The notes: generated by a model not told the origin, from the letters alone. A stretch of DNA of 64,000 nt from Klebsormidium nitens (GCA_000708835.1 DF237137.1:20486-84485), one strand, 5' to 3'; counted from the stretch's first letter, positions 41,031-52,587 are shown. Program-made: numbers and translations.

Positions 41031-42914
41031 TCGTAGGGTTTACGTGTCGCCGTAGAGGGTTTTAGTGCCGCGCGGTCCCTTGGGGGCGGCCGCGGTCGCG
41101 CGTGCAGCGGCGTGAGGGAACAGCGCGTCGGGCCCGGGTTTGACGTCTGAGTAAGGGGAGGAGGTTTCGGGGTCGAATGTTTCGGTTGCTTCGTAAGGGG
41201 GGGAAGGAGCGTCGTCTACGGTGGGGTCGTAGTTCGTGGGGGCGTTGGGGCCTGGAGTTGCTGCGTCATCGGGGGAGAGGACGATGCCCGGGGGACTTGT
41301 GGCGTTTTGGGTGGGCTTCGATGTCTTCTCGCACTTGAGGGTCGTGGGTCGGCCGCCGGTTGCGGCTTGGGCTGCCTGGCTGTCCGAGTCCGGGGTGTCG
41401 ATGACGTCAGCTGCGGGAGTGTACAGAATGGAGGAATTAGTGTTATTGAGTTAAAGATATGTAGATGGCGTGAAAGTATGGATTGATTGTGGTAGTATTG
41501 CGCTTCAAAGCAGAACTGTGTTTGGAATTCGTTGACGATGCGTGCAGGAGGGATTTTGCACACAAGGGGGTTGCAGCAACTTAGTACGTGTGGTATGTGA
41601 ATGCATCAACTGATTGTCAGTCGATGGTCCGGGCAGCGCAGATTGGGAGAAGATTGAATACGCGTCTTGCATTTAGGTTAGTGGAATTGTTCTAGAAACT
41701 TACCGAGTTTGCGCAGCTTGCGGCTCTTCGCAGGTGGGGGTTCGTGCAGAAGGTAGAACACTGTGTGCGCGTTGCTTTGGACATCTGTGCCGAGCTTAAT
41801 CTCCCTCACCTGCAAGAAGTTGGAAGAATGGAGGTAGTTAGAATGAGAGTATGCGTAGATCATTGGCAGAGGATGAGGGGCGCCAAAAATTGGGTCAATA
41901 AATGAGCATAAGAGTGCATTGCAGAAGGAGTTCGAAACAGTGTGAGTGTTCTCTTGCGCAAGAGATTGTTTGGTGTACAAATTGGAAGAGTATATGAGTA
42001 GAAGAACAAAGGCGCAGATAGAAGAACAGTGTGAATGTCTTGTTGCGTGGACAGTTCGTCCGGTCTTGATGCTTACGTGATAGTCCGTTTCGGGATCAGC
42101 ACTGCCCACGATATGTGCGCTCAGTTGAGTGGCGACGTCCTTGGGTGCGATGTTGGAGATGACTGTATCGTGATGGGCGCGAGCTTGTTGTTCTCCCCGG
42201 ACGAGCGCGATGTGGAGTGTCTTCACAGCTACGCGCAGGCGCCGTGCGTCGTCTTTGTCAACGGCCAGGACGTACTTGAGCAGCTTCGTGATCTGAGAGT
42301 TGCGGGTGTGGAATTCCTGCGAGAAGGGGAAAACCGAAGTTAATTGGATTCAGTTTCTGGTTTATTGGCTTTTTCGTTTTGCAGCTGGCTGGGGGGTCTG
42401 TGGAGAATTTGAGAGAAGTAGAGGATGTTTCATTTCATTTTAGTAACTGTTGTGATTAGAAAGAGGAAGTTAAGCAGAATTCGGTGACCAGAGTCATTGT
42501 AGTCAACAGAAAGACGAAGGCGGAGAAAGAGAAGGGGAGTCCATGAAGTCTGGTCGTAAGTTGGAGCAGGAGCACAGATGCGACGAAGATTTGCATGCTT
42601 TTGCGGAGACCTGCGTTGAGATTTTGATATGCTGAAGTAGGATACATTTACCATTTTGGATGTTGTATGCTGCCGAAGCTCAAAGTGTTACAAGGCTATG
42701 GCAAACGGCGGAATTGATAGCGCATGAGAGAGGTTTTTGTGAGGAATTTGTTGCAGCAGGTTGCATGCTTACTTTGTCCTGGGCCATAATGATGACGCCA
42801 TGGTTGAATTGTTTGCAGTTGGCCGCCGTGCAGATGACGTCCTTGAAGTCCACCGGATTGCCGCCCGCCATCAGGACAAGAAACTCTCCCATCTTGGTGA
42901 CGAAGGGCTTCATC
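41003..42914 (-). CDS. Spliced gene of unknown function (GC-rich exons, AT-rich introns); model approximate
   Basis: Putative exons ~42914-42774 (MKPFVTKMGEFLVLMAGGNPVDFKDVIC…QDK|GTAAG), ~42317-42079 (EFHTRNSQITKLLKYVLAV…ETDYH|GTAAG), ~41810-41704 (VREIKLGTDVQSN…KLRKL|GTAAG), ~41411-41003 (Pro/Thr-rich). No domain recognised. Confidence 0.5.
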
Positions 42915-43124
42915 TTTGGGCTGTCTATGTAACGGCACGACTGCGCACCGACTTCTGGCTGCGCGCCAAACTCGCGGCCGCGCATCGTCCGTTATTATAC
43001 GCTATCGACTTATTTGATATATCGAATCACTACACGACACGTGTCTGGGTTACTGCTTCACCGCGTGACCGTCCGATAAGACCCACGTGCACCGCGTGCG
43101 AGGGAACCGTCCGATCACCGAAGC

Positions 43125-43481
43125 NNNNNNNNNNNNNNNNNNNNNNNNNNNNNNNNNNNNNNNNNNNNNNNNNNNNNNNNNNNNNNNNNNNNNNNNNNNN
43201 NNNNNNNNNNNNNNNNNNNNNNNNNNNNNNNNNNNNNNNNNNNNNNNNNNNNNNNNNNNNNNNNNNNNNNNNNNNNNNNNNNNNNNNNNNNNNNNNNNNN
43301 NNNNNNNNNNNNNNNNNNNNNNNNNNNNNNNNNNNNNNNNNNNNNNNNNNNNNNNNNNNNNNNNNNNNNNNNNNNNNNNNNNNNNNNNNNNNNNNNNNNN
43401 NNNNNNNNNNNNNNNNNNNNNNNNNNNNNNNNNNNNNNNNNNNNNNNNNNNNNNNNNNNNNNNNNNNNNNNNNNNNNNNNN
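43125..43481. other. Assembly gap (N run)
   Basis: Run of n. Confidence 1.
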
Positions 43482-44828
43482 TGTTCAGCGCCGCTTCAGT
43501 CTAGGTGGTAGTCGTTTGGGGTGGGGGCCATGGTTGCGCAGTGACCTGGGAGGATTTGAGAGCTGGCTGGTGAGAGAAAGCTTTGAAAGGCGAGCGGGCG
43601 GCGGATCTGCTGGTGAAAGAGCGCTAGAATGTGGGAAATTTGAGTGGCCACTAGTTTGGACTAGCGCACAGATTTTGTACATCTGGGACGAGGTTTGAGT
43701 GTGTTGTGCCTGCCAAAAGAGATGAAGACGAGAAAGGGTACAAAGTGAGCGAGGAAGAGTGTACAGTTTGTGGAATCTTTCGTTGTGCGGCGGATAAGGA
43801 TGAAAGCGGAGCGGAGACGGCTGCTTAGATTGACACGCTGGCAGACGTGCGTGGAGAGCACGTGATTTAGCGAAAAGATCGTCGAGCGACGAGTAAGTAA
43901 TGGAGACGTGGAATGTAGTGTTGGCAGACAGTTGAAGGGGTGTTCATGCAATCTTGTCAGCGCATGCAAGAATGTCAGCTGTCGAAGATGGCATCGAAGC
44001 GCTCGTACTGATTAAAGGAAGAACGGCAGCTGTCCAAGATGGCATCGAACTGCTTGTACTGACGAAAGATTATAGCGAAGCGTGAGGTGTTGAGAATTTC
44101 AAAAGTTAGGATTCGGAATTAGAAGATTTGGATGAGCACGACTGGATAGAAGAAATAGCGTCAGAAGTAGTGATTATTTGCTGTGACTTTCAAATATGGG
44201 CCTAGTTGGGAATTGTAAGACTATAGAAATAAACGTTAGGATAAGAAGGCACATTTCACTGTTGCTGGATTGGTATCAGAAGTTATTGAGTAAGCGCTGA
44301 TTTGAGGACAAAGTTGTCAAGTAAGTGGTGCTAGAAATCATAGATAGAAAGGCACCAGATAGTAGCGAAAATTAGAATGATGAGGACGTAGTCAGAAGTA
44401 GTGTGAGATGAGATGATGGGCATGTGGAAATCTTGTGCGGTTTATAGATGATGTAGGCAAATAGTGGATGTTTTCACGTGGTCATGTGCAAGTACGCGGA
44501 AGCATGTGGAAGAGCGCAAAGATTGTCAATGTGTGGGATGAAAGAGGAATGATACGTAGGAGAAGCTGAAAGTAGCTTTTTTGTTCATTATAGGAGCGTA
44601 TGTACATGACAAAACCTTTATCTAGAATTTCTTGAACTCTTTATTGAAGCGAACTAAACCCTGGAGAAGAGTCACTGTACTGCGTGAGTTTTTGAACTGT
44701 ACAGCTAACTAAAGGTACCGGCCTGTGCTCCAGCGCATGGGAAAAAGAAAAGTATAGCCGATATCGAAAGTTTATACGAAAGTTTGCTTGGTCAGATTCT
44801 TATTCGAAAAGATAACAGACACAGCGTT

Positions 44829-47032
44829 TCACGCGCCACGGGCGCGTTTTTCCAAATCACTCGCGGGTGGGAATTCGAGCCCGATGATCTTGAGGGAGTA
44901 GGAGGTGATGTAGCTGGCTGGGTTAGCGCGCAGACGCAGGTGGACTGCGAAAGTCTTCCCCCTGAAGCGGGCGTTGAGGGCCGCTACTTGCGCGTCCGCC
45001 GGCCTGGTGACGAAGTCTTCCAGGTACATCCCGCTGACTGCTGGGAACTCGTTTGCGTACACCCGCACGTTGACTGCAGTGGCTGCAGAAGAGAGGAGAA
45101 GGGGAATAAATCGTTTGTTTGTTATTGTTTAGCGCAAGTATGTATGTTGACTTGAACCTGCAGCGTTAAAAGTGCATACATTTGTTGCAGGTATTGGCTC
45201 TGTTCGTACTGTGAAGGAGAGTTCTGTTTTCGGTACAGGCGGATGACGTGGCAATGTCCGTTCTGCTGCTCGCTGAAGTGACGGGCGGTACTCGTGGCTT
45301 TCGAGAGTAGACCTTATGAAGCAAGCAGTTAGGAATTACGAGGCGAAGTAGAGAATTACCTGCGCCAGGGAAGAACATTTCCGCTGTTGCTGAGATCTCG
45401 ATGGACACGTCGATGATGGCGCCGGGTGTGCACGTGGCGTCACAGAAGATCTCCCGGGAAACAGGGTCCCAGCTGGCCATGTTCTGGCACGCGAGGCAGC
45501 GGTAACCGCAGAAATCCACGCGGCGGTAAGCGACGAAGCTGCCCAGGACGATCCTGCTGATGTACTTGCCGTTTGCTGCGTCGACGTCATCCATGGCCCT
45601 TTTCCAAGTCGTAATGGACGACTCGCTGGCGAAGCGGAAGGTGAGGCCGATGCCCTCGATGTGGCGCGGATTTGCGTCGCTGCGTGTGATGTCGGTGCTG
45701 CAGAGGCATAAAGATGGTTTAGATTTCGTGCTTTCAGGAAGTGTTATGTATTGCGGGTTAAACTGAGTATTTTCAAAGCAGATTGCGGTGTGAAGCAGTG
45801 GCGGGCATTTGATTGCAACGTGTGAAATCGTACGGGTCCAGCTCGCAGGATTGGGGAGTGGATGACTTTTTGAAGCTTCCTACGTAGGCTGCTGTATCGA
45901 AAGGAACCTGATATTTGGAAACGTGAAGGATTTGGAGGGCAGAGAGGGGAGAACATAAGTGTTTGAATTAGAAGTGTAAGGGAATACGCAGCAAGTTGTA
46001 CAAGAAGTCGGGCCGATGGCTGGTCGAAGAGAGTATGATCGCCTCAGAGCAATGATTTTGGATTGGATCGACTTCTGGCTACTGGAAGCACGTGGATGGC
46101 ATAAGAGGCTCTTGCAAGCAACTTAGCCTCGTTTGTGGTGATCAGCAGGTAGATTAACAGATAGACAACTGGAAAGAAGGTCTTCAAGTGGATTTGTTCT
46201 TCAAGCAGCAGGAAGAAAATTGCTTGCGAAGTTACTTACATCCTCGTTGAGCCGAACCCCTGCTCCAGATCGCACTGCACGCCGCTGATGATGAGCACGT
46301 CCTGACGTACGCGAGCTTCCCGGATGATCGGAAGTGCAGCTTGATCTCCCCAGACAGATACGATGCCGATCTCGCCACGGAGGTCCTTTAGCGTGAGGCG
46401 GACGACGTCGCGGGTTCCGCGCGATGTCTCCAGATTCTCCGACCGGCTTTTGTGGATGAGAAGACCTTCGAGTTTGTACACCTGAGACGTGACACATGAA
46501 GGAATAAGTAGAGCAGTCATCAGCTGGCAATGAAGTTTTTTAGATGTTCAGAGCTGGTATTGGATGCAACATTAGAGTAGAAAAACTTGTCTGCGTCATT
46601 GCTAGCCCTTGTTGCAGCCCTTTCTGCATCCTTGGATCATTGGTAAGTCTTTGAGCAGCGGAGATCATGGCCCAACCTCTTCCACCTTCACTGAGTATTT
46701 GTACCCTGGTAGGCAGGAGAAACGTAGCAGCAAGCAGGGAAACGGATGAAGACAGAACTTATTGCATATAAGAAAGTATGCGCAAATTCTAGCGTTCTGT
46801 GGTGGGAACAAGTTATGTGAAAGCGAGAGTTGACCGCGCAAGTCTCTGGAGTTGCTGACAGTCAGTAGAAGTCAGAAGAAGGAAAATAGACAGCTTACTT
46901 ACGCCGCCAGGTTTGATGGTCATAAAGTTGACCGGTTTGTCCGCCAGTTCGTCGATGTTCTCTTCACATTTGGTGAAGAGAGTTTGGCCCGGGACTGCCT
47001 TGATGGACATGTTGTGCTCGGTCATTGTGTAC
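44829..47032 (-). CDS. RPA70/RPA1-like OB-fold ssDNA-binding protein with zinc ribbon; 5' end missing or unresolved
   Basis: Exons 47032-46903, 46481-46240, 45697-45360, 45082-44829 in phase. OB-fold strand pattern RLTLKDLRGEIGIVSVWGDQA…VLIISGV (cf. RPA DBD-B), CLAC…CDATC zinc ribbon followed by VRVYANEFPAVSGMYLEDF (cf. DBD-C). Confidence 0.7.
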
Positions 47033-47519
47033 CTACGAATAGGTAGAGGCATGGGCTTTAAGTAAGTAAGTCGCCCTTATTTATGGTGGAGTTGTATTTG
47101 TAGAGCAAATCAGAGATCAGAGCACTTGTTGTGTAGGTGGATTAAGAGAATAGCATTGATCAGGAATCACACCCTTAGCCTTGCATCTAGAAGAATGCTG
47201 CAATCCTATTGGCTCCCCATAAAGTGCCCGGTAGCTACCCTAGGGGTCTAGGAATAGTACTTAAAGACATAGGCCTTAAGTAGTCTTGGAATGCCTCAGG
47301 ACTTAAGGCCTAGGAACCTGCCTCTAGCATTTAAGCATATGGACTATGCGCGAGCATGCGCGCGCACCCCCATTTGGCACGTGATGCTATTGAATGCCAT
47401 TGTGGCGAAGTGTGACAGTATTATCAGGCGAATACAGCCTGACTCTCACCACATTGTTTCCACCGGGCACATACAACCCCTATTTGCCCCTGAGCAAGTG
47501 CCCGGTCAACTCAGCAAGC

Positions 47520-47591
47520 TTGCGCGCGCACATTATGGTCCCACATGCTTGAACGTAACGGATCCTTTAGACCACATGATTATGAGGTGCA
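47520..47591. repeat. 72-bp direct repeat, left copy
   Basis: 62/72 identical, no indels, to 49171-49220 joined to 49739-49760 after removing the MITE and one TSD copy. Confidence 0.88.
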
Positions 47592-47768
47592 TACAATTAC
47601 AGGAATCATCTGATGTTACATAATGAAATGAAGCACCTTTTTTCAATCACAAAGGGAAATTCTGTACATTCTATCGCAACTAGCTGCCTACGTTTTACAC
47701 GTGCCTTCATAAAAAGATTCAGCTAGCTAAGCCACACTACCTGGTTATCAGAACGTTATGCAGATATA

Positions 47769-48941
47769 CTACTTCCACTTGTTGAACGACGAATCCATAT
47801 AGCAGAGAGCGGGCAACCTAGGAACCCTGCGCGTGTCAAAGAGATCTAGCAGTGGTGGTGCCTCTGGTGATGGAGGGGCTAGAACAGCGCTCCTATATTG
47901 CCCCTGCTCAACATTGGGATGAGGTACGGATGATGTGCTCTGGTTCATCCGCTTGAGTTGCTCCATTCTGTACTCGTGATCCAGTCTTGCTATTTCAGAG
48001 TCGTGTTCCAATCTTGCCATTTCCGCATCGTGGTCTAACTTCGCTCTTTTGGCATCATGATCCATCCTTAGTTGTTTCGTTTTCTCCTGCTCGATGGCCA
48101 ACGTGTGGTCGTGTGCATCGAACATCACCCCCTCCGTCGAGGATGACAGCCTGACCGCCTTGCGCATATTGTACAGGATCTTCTCTTCAGTGAGGCTGGC
48201 AGGTGCCACAAAGATCTCGGTGTGCGTAGTGTCCCCGATCTTGAGCGGCGAAAGGTTGTCCTTGATGTCTCCCATGTTCCGAAAGAGCTCCTCGGCCGTT
48301 CTGTCGTCCTCAGCCTCCACCACGTGCAGCAGCTCAAAAAACAACGGCTCCTTGAAAGAAGCCTTATGCTCTTTGTACCGTCTCCCTAGGTTAATGGTGC
48401 GCCCAAACTTGAAAAGCTTGGTCGGCCGCTGCTGGACAGCGCCCACGTAGATACATTTTTTGTTCTCGTGTAGAAGCAGCATGGCCTTCTCTTTTGGGCC
48501 GATGGGGTCTCGGTCACGCGTGAGGGCGATGTACGCATCTCTGATGGCGATGAAGAAACCTCGAACGGATCTGTCACGCTCGCCTGGCGCGCACATAGCG
48601 AAGTTCTCGAATGCATTTTGTGTTAGCATGTACCTGTCCAGTGCGCCTGACGGCTTATCACTAGAGTTAACAGCAGGGTTAACAGAAATGTTAACCCCAT
48701 GTTCATCGACTTGAATGTAGTCAGCACCGTACTGAAACTGACCACCTTTGAGTTTTCTTAACCCACTGCCCTTTGTGCTATAACCACAAAATTTCCAAGC
48801 GTCGTCAAATTCAATCGCGTACTTGTTCCCTGTATCGTCAAAAGCCTTGATGAAGACCTTAGCTAAGCTGGCGCGATTTGCCGGATCGAAGCTGTTAGCA
48901 AGGACATGGGGATGCCCCAAGATGGTGTCGGTCAGATCCAT
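47769..48941 (-). CDS. AntA/MSV199-like N-terminal DNA-binding domain + T5orf172 (GIY-YIG-like) domain protein, intronless, 390 aa; phage/giant-virus-type architecture
   Basis: N-term IEFDDAWKFCGYSTK…DYI…YMLTQNAFENFAM…VRGFFIAI; middle CIYVG…LFKFGRTINLGRRYKEHK…FELLHVVE…AEELF…HTEIF; then EQEKTKQL coiled coil. Confidence 0.78.
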   Translation of the reverse strand: MDLTDTILGHPHVLANSFDPANRASLAKVFIKAFDDTGNKYAIEFDDAWKFCGYSTKGSGLRKLKGGQFQYGADYIQVDEHGVNISVNPAVNSSDKPSGALDRYMLTQNAFENFAMCAPGERDRSVRGFFIAIRDAYIALTRDRDPIGPKEKAMLLLHENKKCIYVGAVQQRPTKLFKFGRTINLGRRYKEHKASFKEPLFFELLHVVEAEDDRTAEELFRNMGDIKDNLSPLKIGDTTHTEIFVAPASLTEEKILYNMRKAVRLSSSTEGVMFDAHDHTLAIEQEKTKQLRMDHDAKRAKLDHDAEMARLEHDSEIARLDHEYRMEQLKRMNQSTSSVPHPNVEQGQYRSAVLAPPSPEAPPLLDLFDTRRVPRLPALCYMDSSFNKWK

Positions 48942-49170
48942 CCTTTTAAGAGAGGCTAGCGGAAGTTCTCAAAGTCAGGGAACGCGGACGCGTCTAAACG
49001 CAACCAGCTAGCCGGAAAGTAGCATACGACAGGACGAATTTTTGGACCGGTGCCGCTGCCAGCAACCCATGCCTATATTGTCTCCATGGGGCTTCCTTAT
49101 ACGTTGCACTCTCCCCAAAGCGACCCTCATCTTCGGGGGCGGAACACACTGGCATCCACTTGAGAGTGAG

Positions 49171-49760
49171 TTGCGCGCGCATATTGTGGTCCCACATGCT
49201 TGACCCTAGTGGATCCCTCAGGCTCTAGTTTCACTAGCGGCGACGGCACAACATTAAATTTAATTATTTGGTGCCTGGAACTTGCCCGGAAGTCCAAAAA
49301 ATGCGAAAAAATTGCAGTTCTGCCGGCCGCCAGTGAAACTGCGTCGCGGGCACAAGAGTCTCAAACGTGCCACGGTGGCAGGCAAACCCCTAAACCTCTC
49401 CCGCGCCATTCAAAAGTTGTGCTGCCAGTGCAGACTCTGCGGAGTGCACCGTAGCTGGCGCGAAATGTGCCCGCCAACTTGAGGACCTGGCGCTATGTGA
49501 GTGGTCCATCGGACCACATGGGAGGCCGGCACAAAAACAATTTAGTTCGACCCAAGGTGGCACTAGGGTCGAACTTAATTAGTTGTTGTGCCGCTTACGT
49601 CATCAAATTTTATTCGAGTTCCGCCGGCACAACCGCTAGTGGAAGCGCGGTAGAGATGTTCCGATGTAGCCGGAGCCAATCAGCGAATTTGAAAAAGAAA
49701 ACCTTGTGCCGTCCGCCGCTAGTGAAACTAGAGCCTCAGACCACATGATTATCAAGTGCA
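49171..49760. repeat. 72-bp direct repeat, right copy, split by a MITE
   Basis: ttgcgcgcgcatattgtggtcccacatgcttgaccctagtggatccctca [MITE] gaccacatgattatcaagtgca. Confidence 0.88.
49221..49735. mobile_element. 515-bp Tourist/PIF-Harbinger-like MITE
   Basis: ~31-bp TIRs GGCTCTAGTTTCACTAGCGGCG(G)ACGGCACAA at both ends; 3-bp TSD TCA at 49218-49220 and 49736-49738; empty site confirmed by the paralogous repeat at 47520. Confidence 0.92.
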
Positions 49761-49873
49761 ATCACGTTGCCAGTAGACTAAAAATCTAGTTTTCTGCCAG
49801 TGCAAGAATGTAGACTCGAAACTTTCAGAGTTGACCGCTTCACAGTTGAGCAAGACTAGACAGCTTCCTTTGT

Positions 49874-50025
49874 CTGCGCTCCCAGAGCCAAGAGTGTTTC
49901 CTGCGATCCCAGCGCCAAGAGGGTTTCCTACGCGCCCAGAGCCAAGAGGGTTTCCTGCGCTCCCAGGGCCAAGAGGGTTTCCAGCGCCTCCCAGGGCCAA
50001 GAGGGTTGCTTGCCATCCCAGGTCC
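49874..50025. repeat. 27-bp minisatellite, ~5.5 copies; reads as ETLLALGAQ repeats on the minus strand
   Basis: cccag(a/g/c)gccaagagggtttcctgcgct units starting 49881, 49908, 49935, 49962, 49990, 50017. Confidence 0.9.
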
Positions 50026-50260
50026 AACAGTTTTTCTTGCCATCCCAGGCACGAAAGGGCTGCTTCAGAAGGAAAGGCAAGTGCAGGGTGGGAAACAGGA
50101 AAGCGGGAGCCGGCGTTGCAGTATAATCAGCAGCGAAGGTTCCTAATGCAGAGCCCACTACACTTTCTGCGGAGCAAATATAGGCAGTCACTCAACTAAA
50201 TTCCTTGTCTTCTGCAGGTTTATACAGGGTGAAGCAGGATTTGATTCGATTCTCCTGCAG

Positions 50261-51308
50261 GCAAGCGGTAGTGCTGAGCCAGAGGAGAGCGACCCTGACC
50301 CGACCCTAGCCTCTATGAATCAGAAGGTGCAACATACCTTCCAGAAGCAGGTGAGCCCATACAATCCTTTTCAAGAAGGCAGGAGTGTAAAAGTCAGAAG
50401 TGATTGTTCCACAACTTGCGCGATAAGCTTTGTAGGTGATGAAAAGGGGTAGGGTTTGTCATCTGCAGCTTGATCAAAGAATTGACACACAAATAGTGGC
50501 AAGCTCATATAGCATGATCTGACCGAGTGTGAAGTCCGACATGAACCGCTTCATTGGCCCGCGGCAGTTGGGGAGCTGAAGGCAGTGGTCCCCTGATAAA
50601 CGCGTCTAGCAGGGATCCTGCGTCTATCTGGGGGCAGAGTTTGGCGCTGGGGCTGGGGCCACCAGAAGCTCAGTCTGGTTGATCGATGTTGTGTCGTGAT
50701 TCCTGACGCTTCCATAATGTTTGTCCTGACTGGTGTGCTCTATACTAACGCAGGTTAAGGCTGGTGCCAGGACGGAAGCAAGGAAACCGACTTGGGAGAT
50801 GAACAAGATTGTTGAAGTAGTGGAGGAGCAACTATCTGAGTCCAGGGTTGGTGAATGTGCCGTCGCAACTCGATTGCTGATGTCCGCAGCAGCATATGCC
50901 ATTGAACATGGAAACCTGATGTACAAGGGGGAACACATCACAGACATATATAAGATGATTGGAAACGTTACAGGAACTGACTTTACAGGAGGTGCAACAG
51001 AGAGAGGTCACTGGTGGTTTAGGTGTCGCTCTGTAGAAGGCACAAAAAGTAACATAGATTTGACGGCGAAACAGTTCTACTCTCATCTTAACAAACGATA
51101 CACCGATAATCCAGAAGGCCCTCCTTTGCACGTGTCAATCACGGGAGCAGAAAGCATTGGCGAGGCCTATGGAGAGCCCTGTGGAGAGCACCTTGTTCCA
51201 ACCGAACAGTATAGTAAAAGGAAGAAAGTGTTAAAGGTCTTGGCAAGTGGAGGAAAGGGGTGGCATAAGAAAATGTTGAAAGTGTACGAAACACTCTCAA
51301 TGAAGTAG
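50261..51308 (+). CDS. YunG/transglutaminase-like putative thiol enzyme (Cys-His-Asp); start unresolved
   Basis: Main exon 50754-51308 after ctaacgcag acceptor: GECAVATRLL…GHWWFR…IDLTAKQF; candidate upstream exon ~50261-50350 (ASGSAEPEES…QKQ|GTGAG) is in phase. Confidence 0.55.
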
Positions 51309-52236
51309 CATCTGGTGACAACCGCGTCTGCACGATCGCTTTTGTCCCCACGGGAGTGTATCCATCAAAATGCACCCCGCCCACTTGCACGATCTTATAT
51401 CTAGAATCTTTGTGAGCATTGACAGGCGCTTTGGAGGTACTTGGGCCATACCGTTTTGTGATGTGACAGCAGATCTGCATGATTTTGAATCCTACTGGGA
51501 TAAGTATCCAGGAATACAACGTAGTGGTGGCGGACTTATCCAACTTTGTGCACCTGGTTGTGATGATTATGTTGCCGTCATTCGCAGCCATGCAATCAAA
51601 TGCAAGAAGATGCATTGTCAGACGGATTGATGCTCAGGTCCATCAGATGCCTTAATATCGATACAATGACAATTAAGCCGACCAAACCTGCCGAGGTTAC
51701 ATTCAAAATCCTATCTGCTGACTACGACTCTGTCCAGCTCAGATGTCAACCATGACAGATGAGCCATTCCTGATTGACTAGAACAGCTGTGTTCGGGTCA
51801 CCCAAGCCTCCGCGAGCAGTGCGTGCACTCTCTGCAACAACTCGACAAGCAAGAGACTTGGCGAGGTTCATTCCAGACCATCGGTCGGAATCGTGTGGTG
51901 GATTGACAACTTAAGGGGGTGGCCCACAAGTTTATATGATTCTTCATCCGCATCAGGGGACTCTGCGCCAAGCTCTTCTTTTCTGCAAACCAACTCTTAC
52001 ATTGCCTAGCCTTCCATGTGCGAAGGACTAGAGAAAGCTTTCGACTGCTGTTCATGAACTTATATCGCTTTTCGGCACCCCGCAGCACGTACGCGCATCC
52101 ATGCAAGCTCAATATAAAGCTGGAAACAAGAACACATGGCGTGACATGACAAGATGAGCGATTGACTTGGAAATGCAAGCAGGGCAACGGATTCGATTAG
52201 ACTCTCCGGCATCAGCCGGGGATTCAGCACAGTACC

Positions 52237-52587
52237 TCATACGAGTACCTCATACGAGTAACGCAACAGCTTTTCGTTGAGCGCATGGTAAAGCTGCCGC
52301 AACGCCAGATTCTCGTTCGAAGTTTTCAATTGTGCTTCCACCTCTGCAAGTCTATCCTTCAGACGCAGCACTTCCTGCCAAAGCTGCGCATTGTCCTGTT
52401 TGACGTCCACAAGGAGATGCAAGATCGTCTTGATGTCCTGTAAGAGCTTCTCTGGCAAAACATTTAGATAGGACTCTAAGCTGCGCTGCATGCTCCTGAA
52501 GGTACCCGCAGCTTCCAAGTCATCAGCATAGTTAGACAATAGGCTTTCTAGACACATAGCAATCGATTGGACCTGTGTCTCCGCCAT
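52237..52587 (-). CDS. Hypothetical coiled-coil protein or exon (116 aa)
   Basis: Heptad pattern LVDVKQDNAQLWQEVLRLKDRLAEVEAQLK; ends at a 13-bp tandem duplication (~52233-52260) that may span a donor site. Confidence 0.45.
   Translation of the reverse strand: MAETQVQSIAMCLESLLSNYADDLEAAGTFRSMQRSLESYLNVLPEKLLQDIKTILHLLVDVKQDNAQLWQEVLRLKDRLAEVEAQLKTSNENLALRQLYHALNEKLLRYSYEVLV

Noticed and set aside
42761-43698. ORFs of 247 and 203 aa across the first gap (likewise 55293-56063, 60317-62338, 60484-61155)
   Set aside because: Lengths are artefacts of translating N runs; only the 61073-62338 part is a real ORF.
43975-44063. 51-bp duplication resembling another acceptor echo (cag|TACAAGCAGTTCGATGCCATC)
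   Set aside because: No supported gene model here, so it cannot be shown to be a splice junction; not counted among the six cases.
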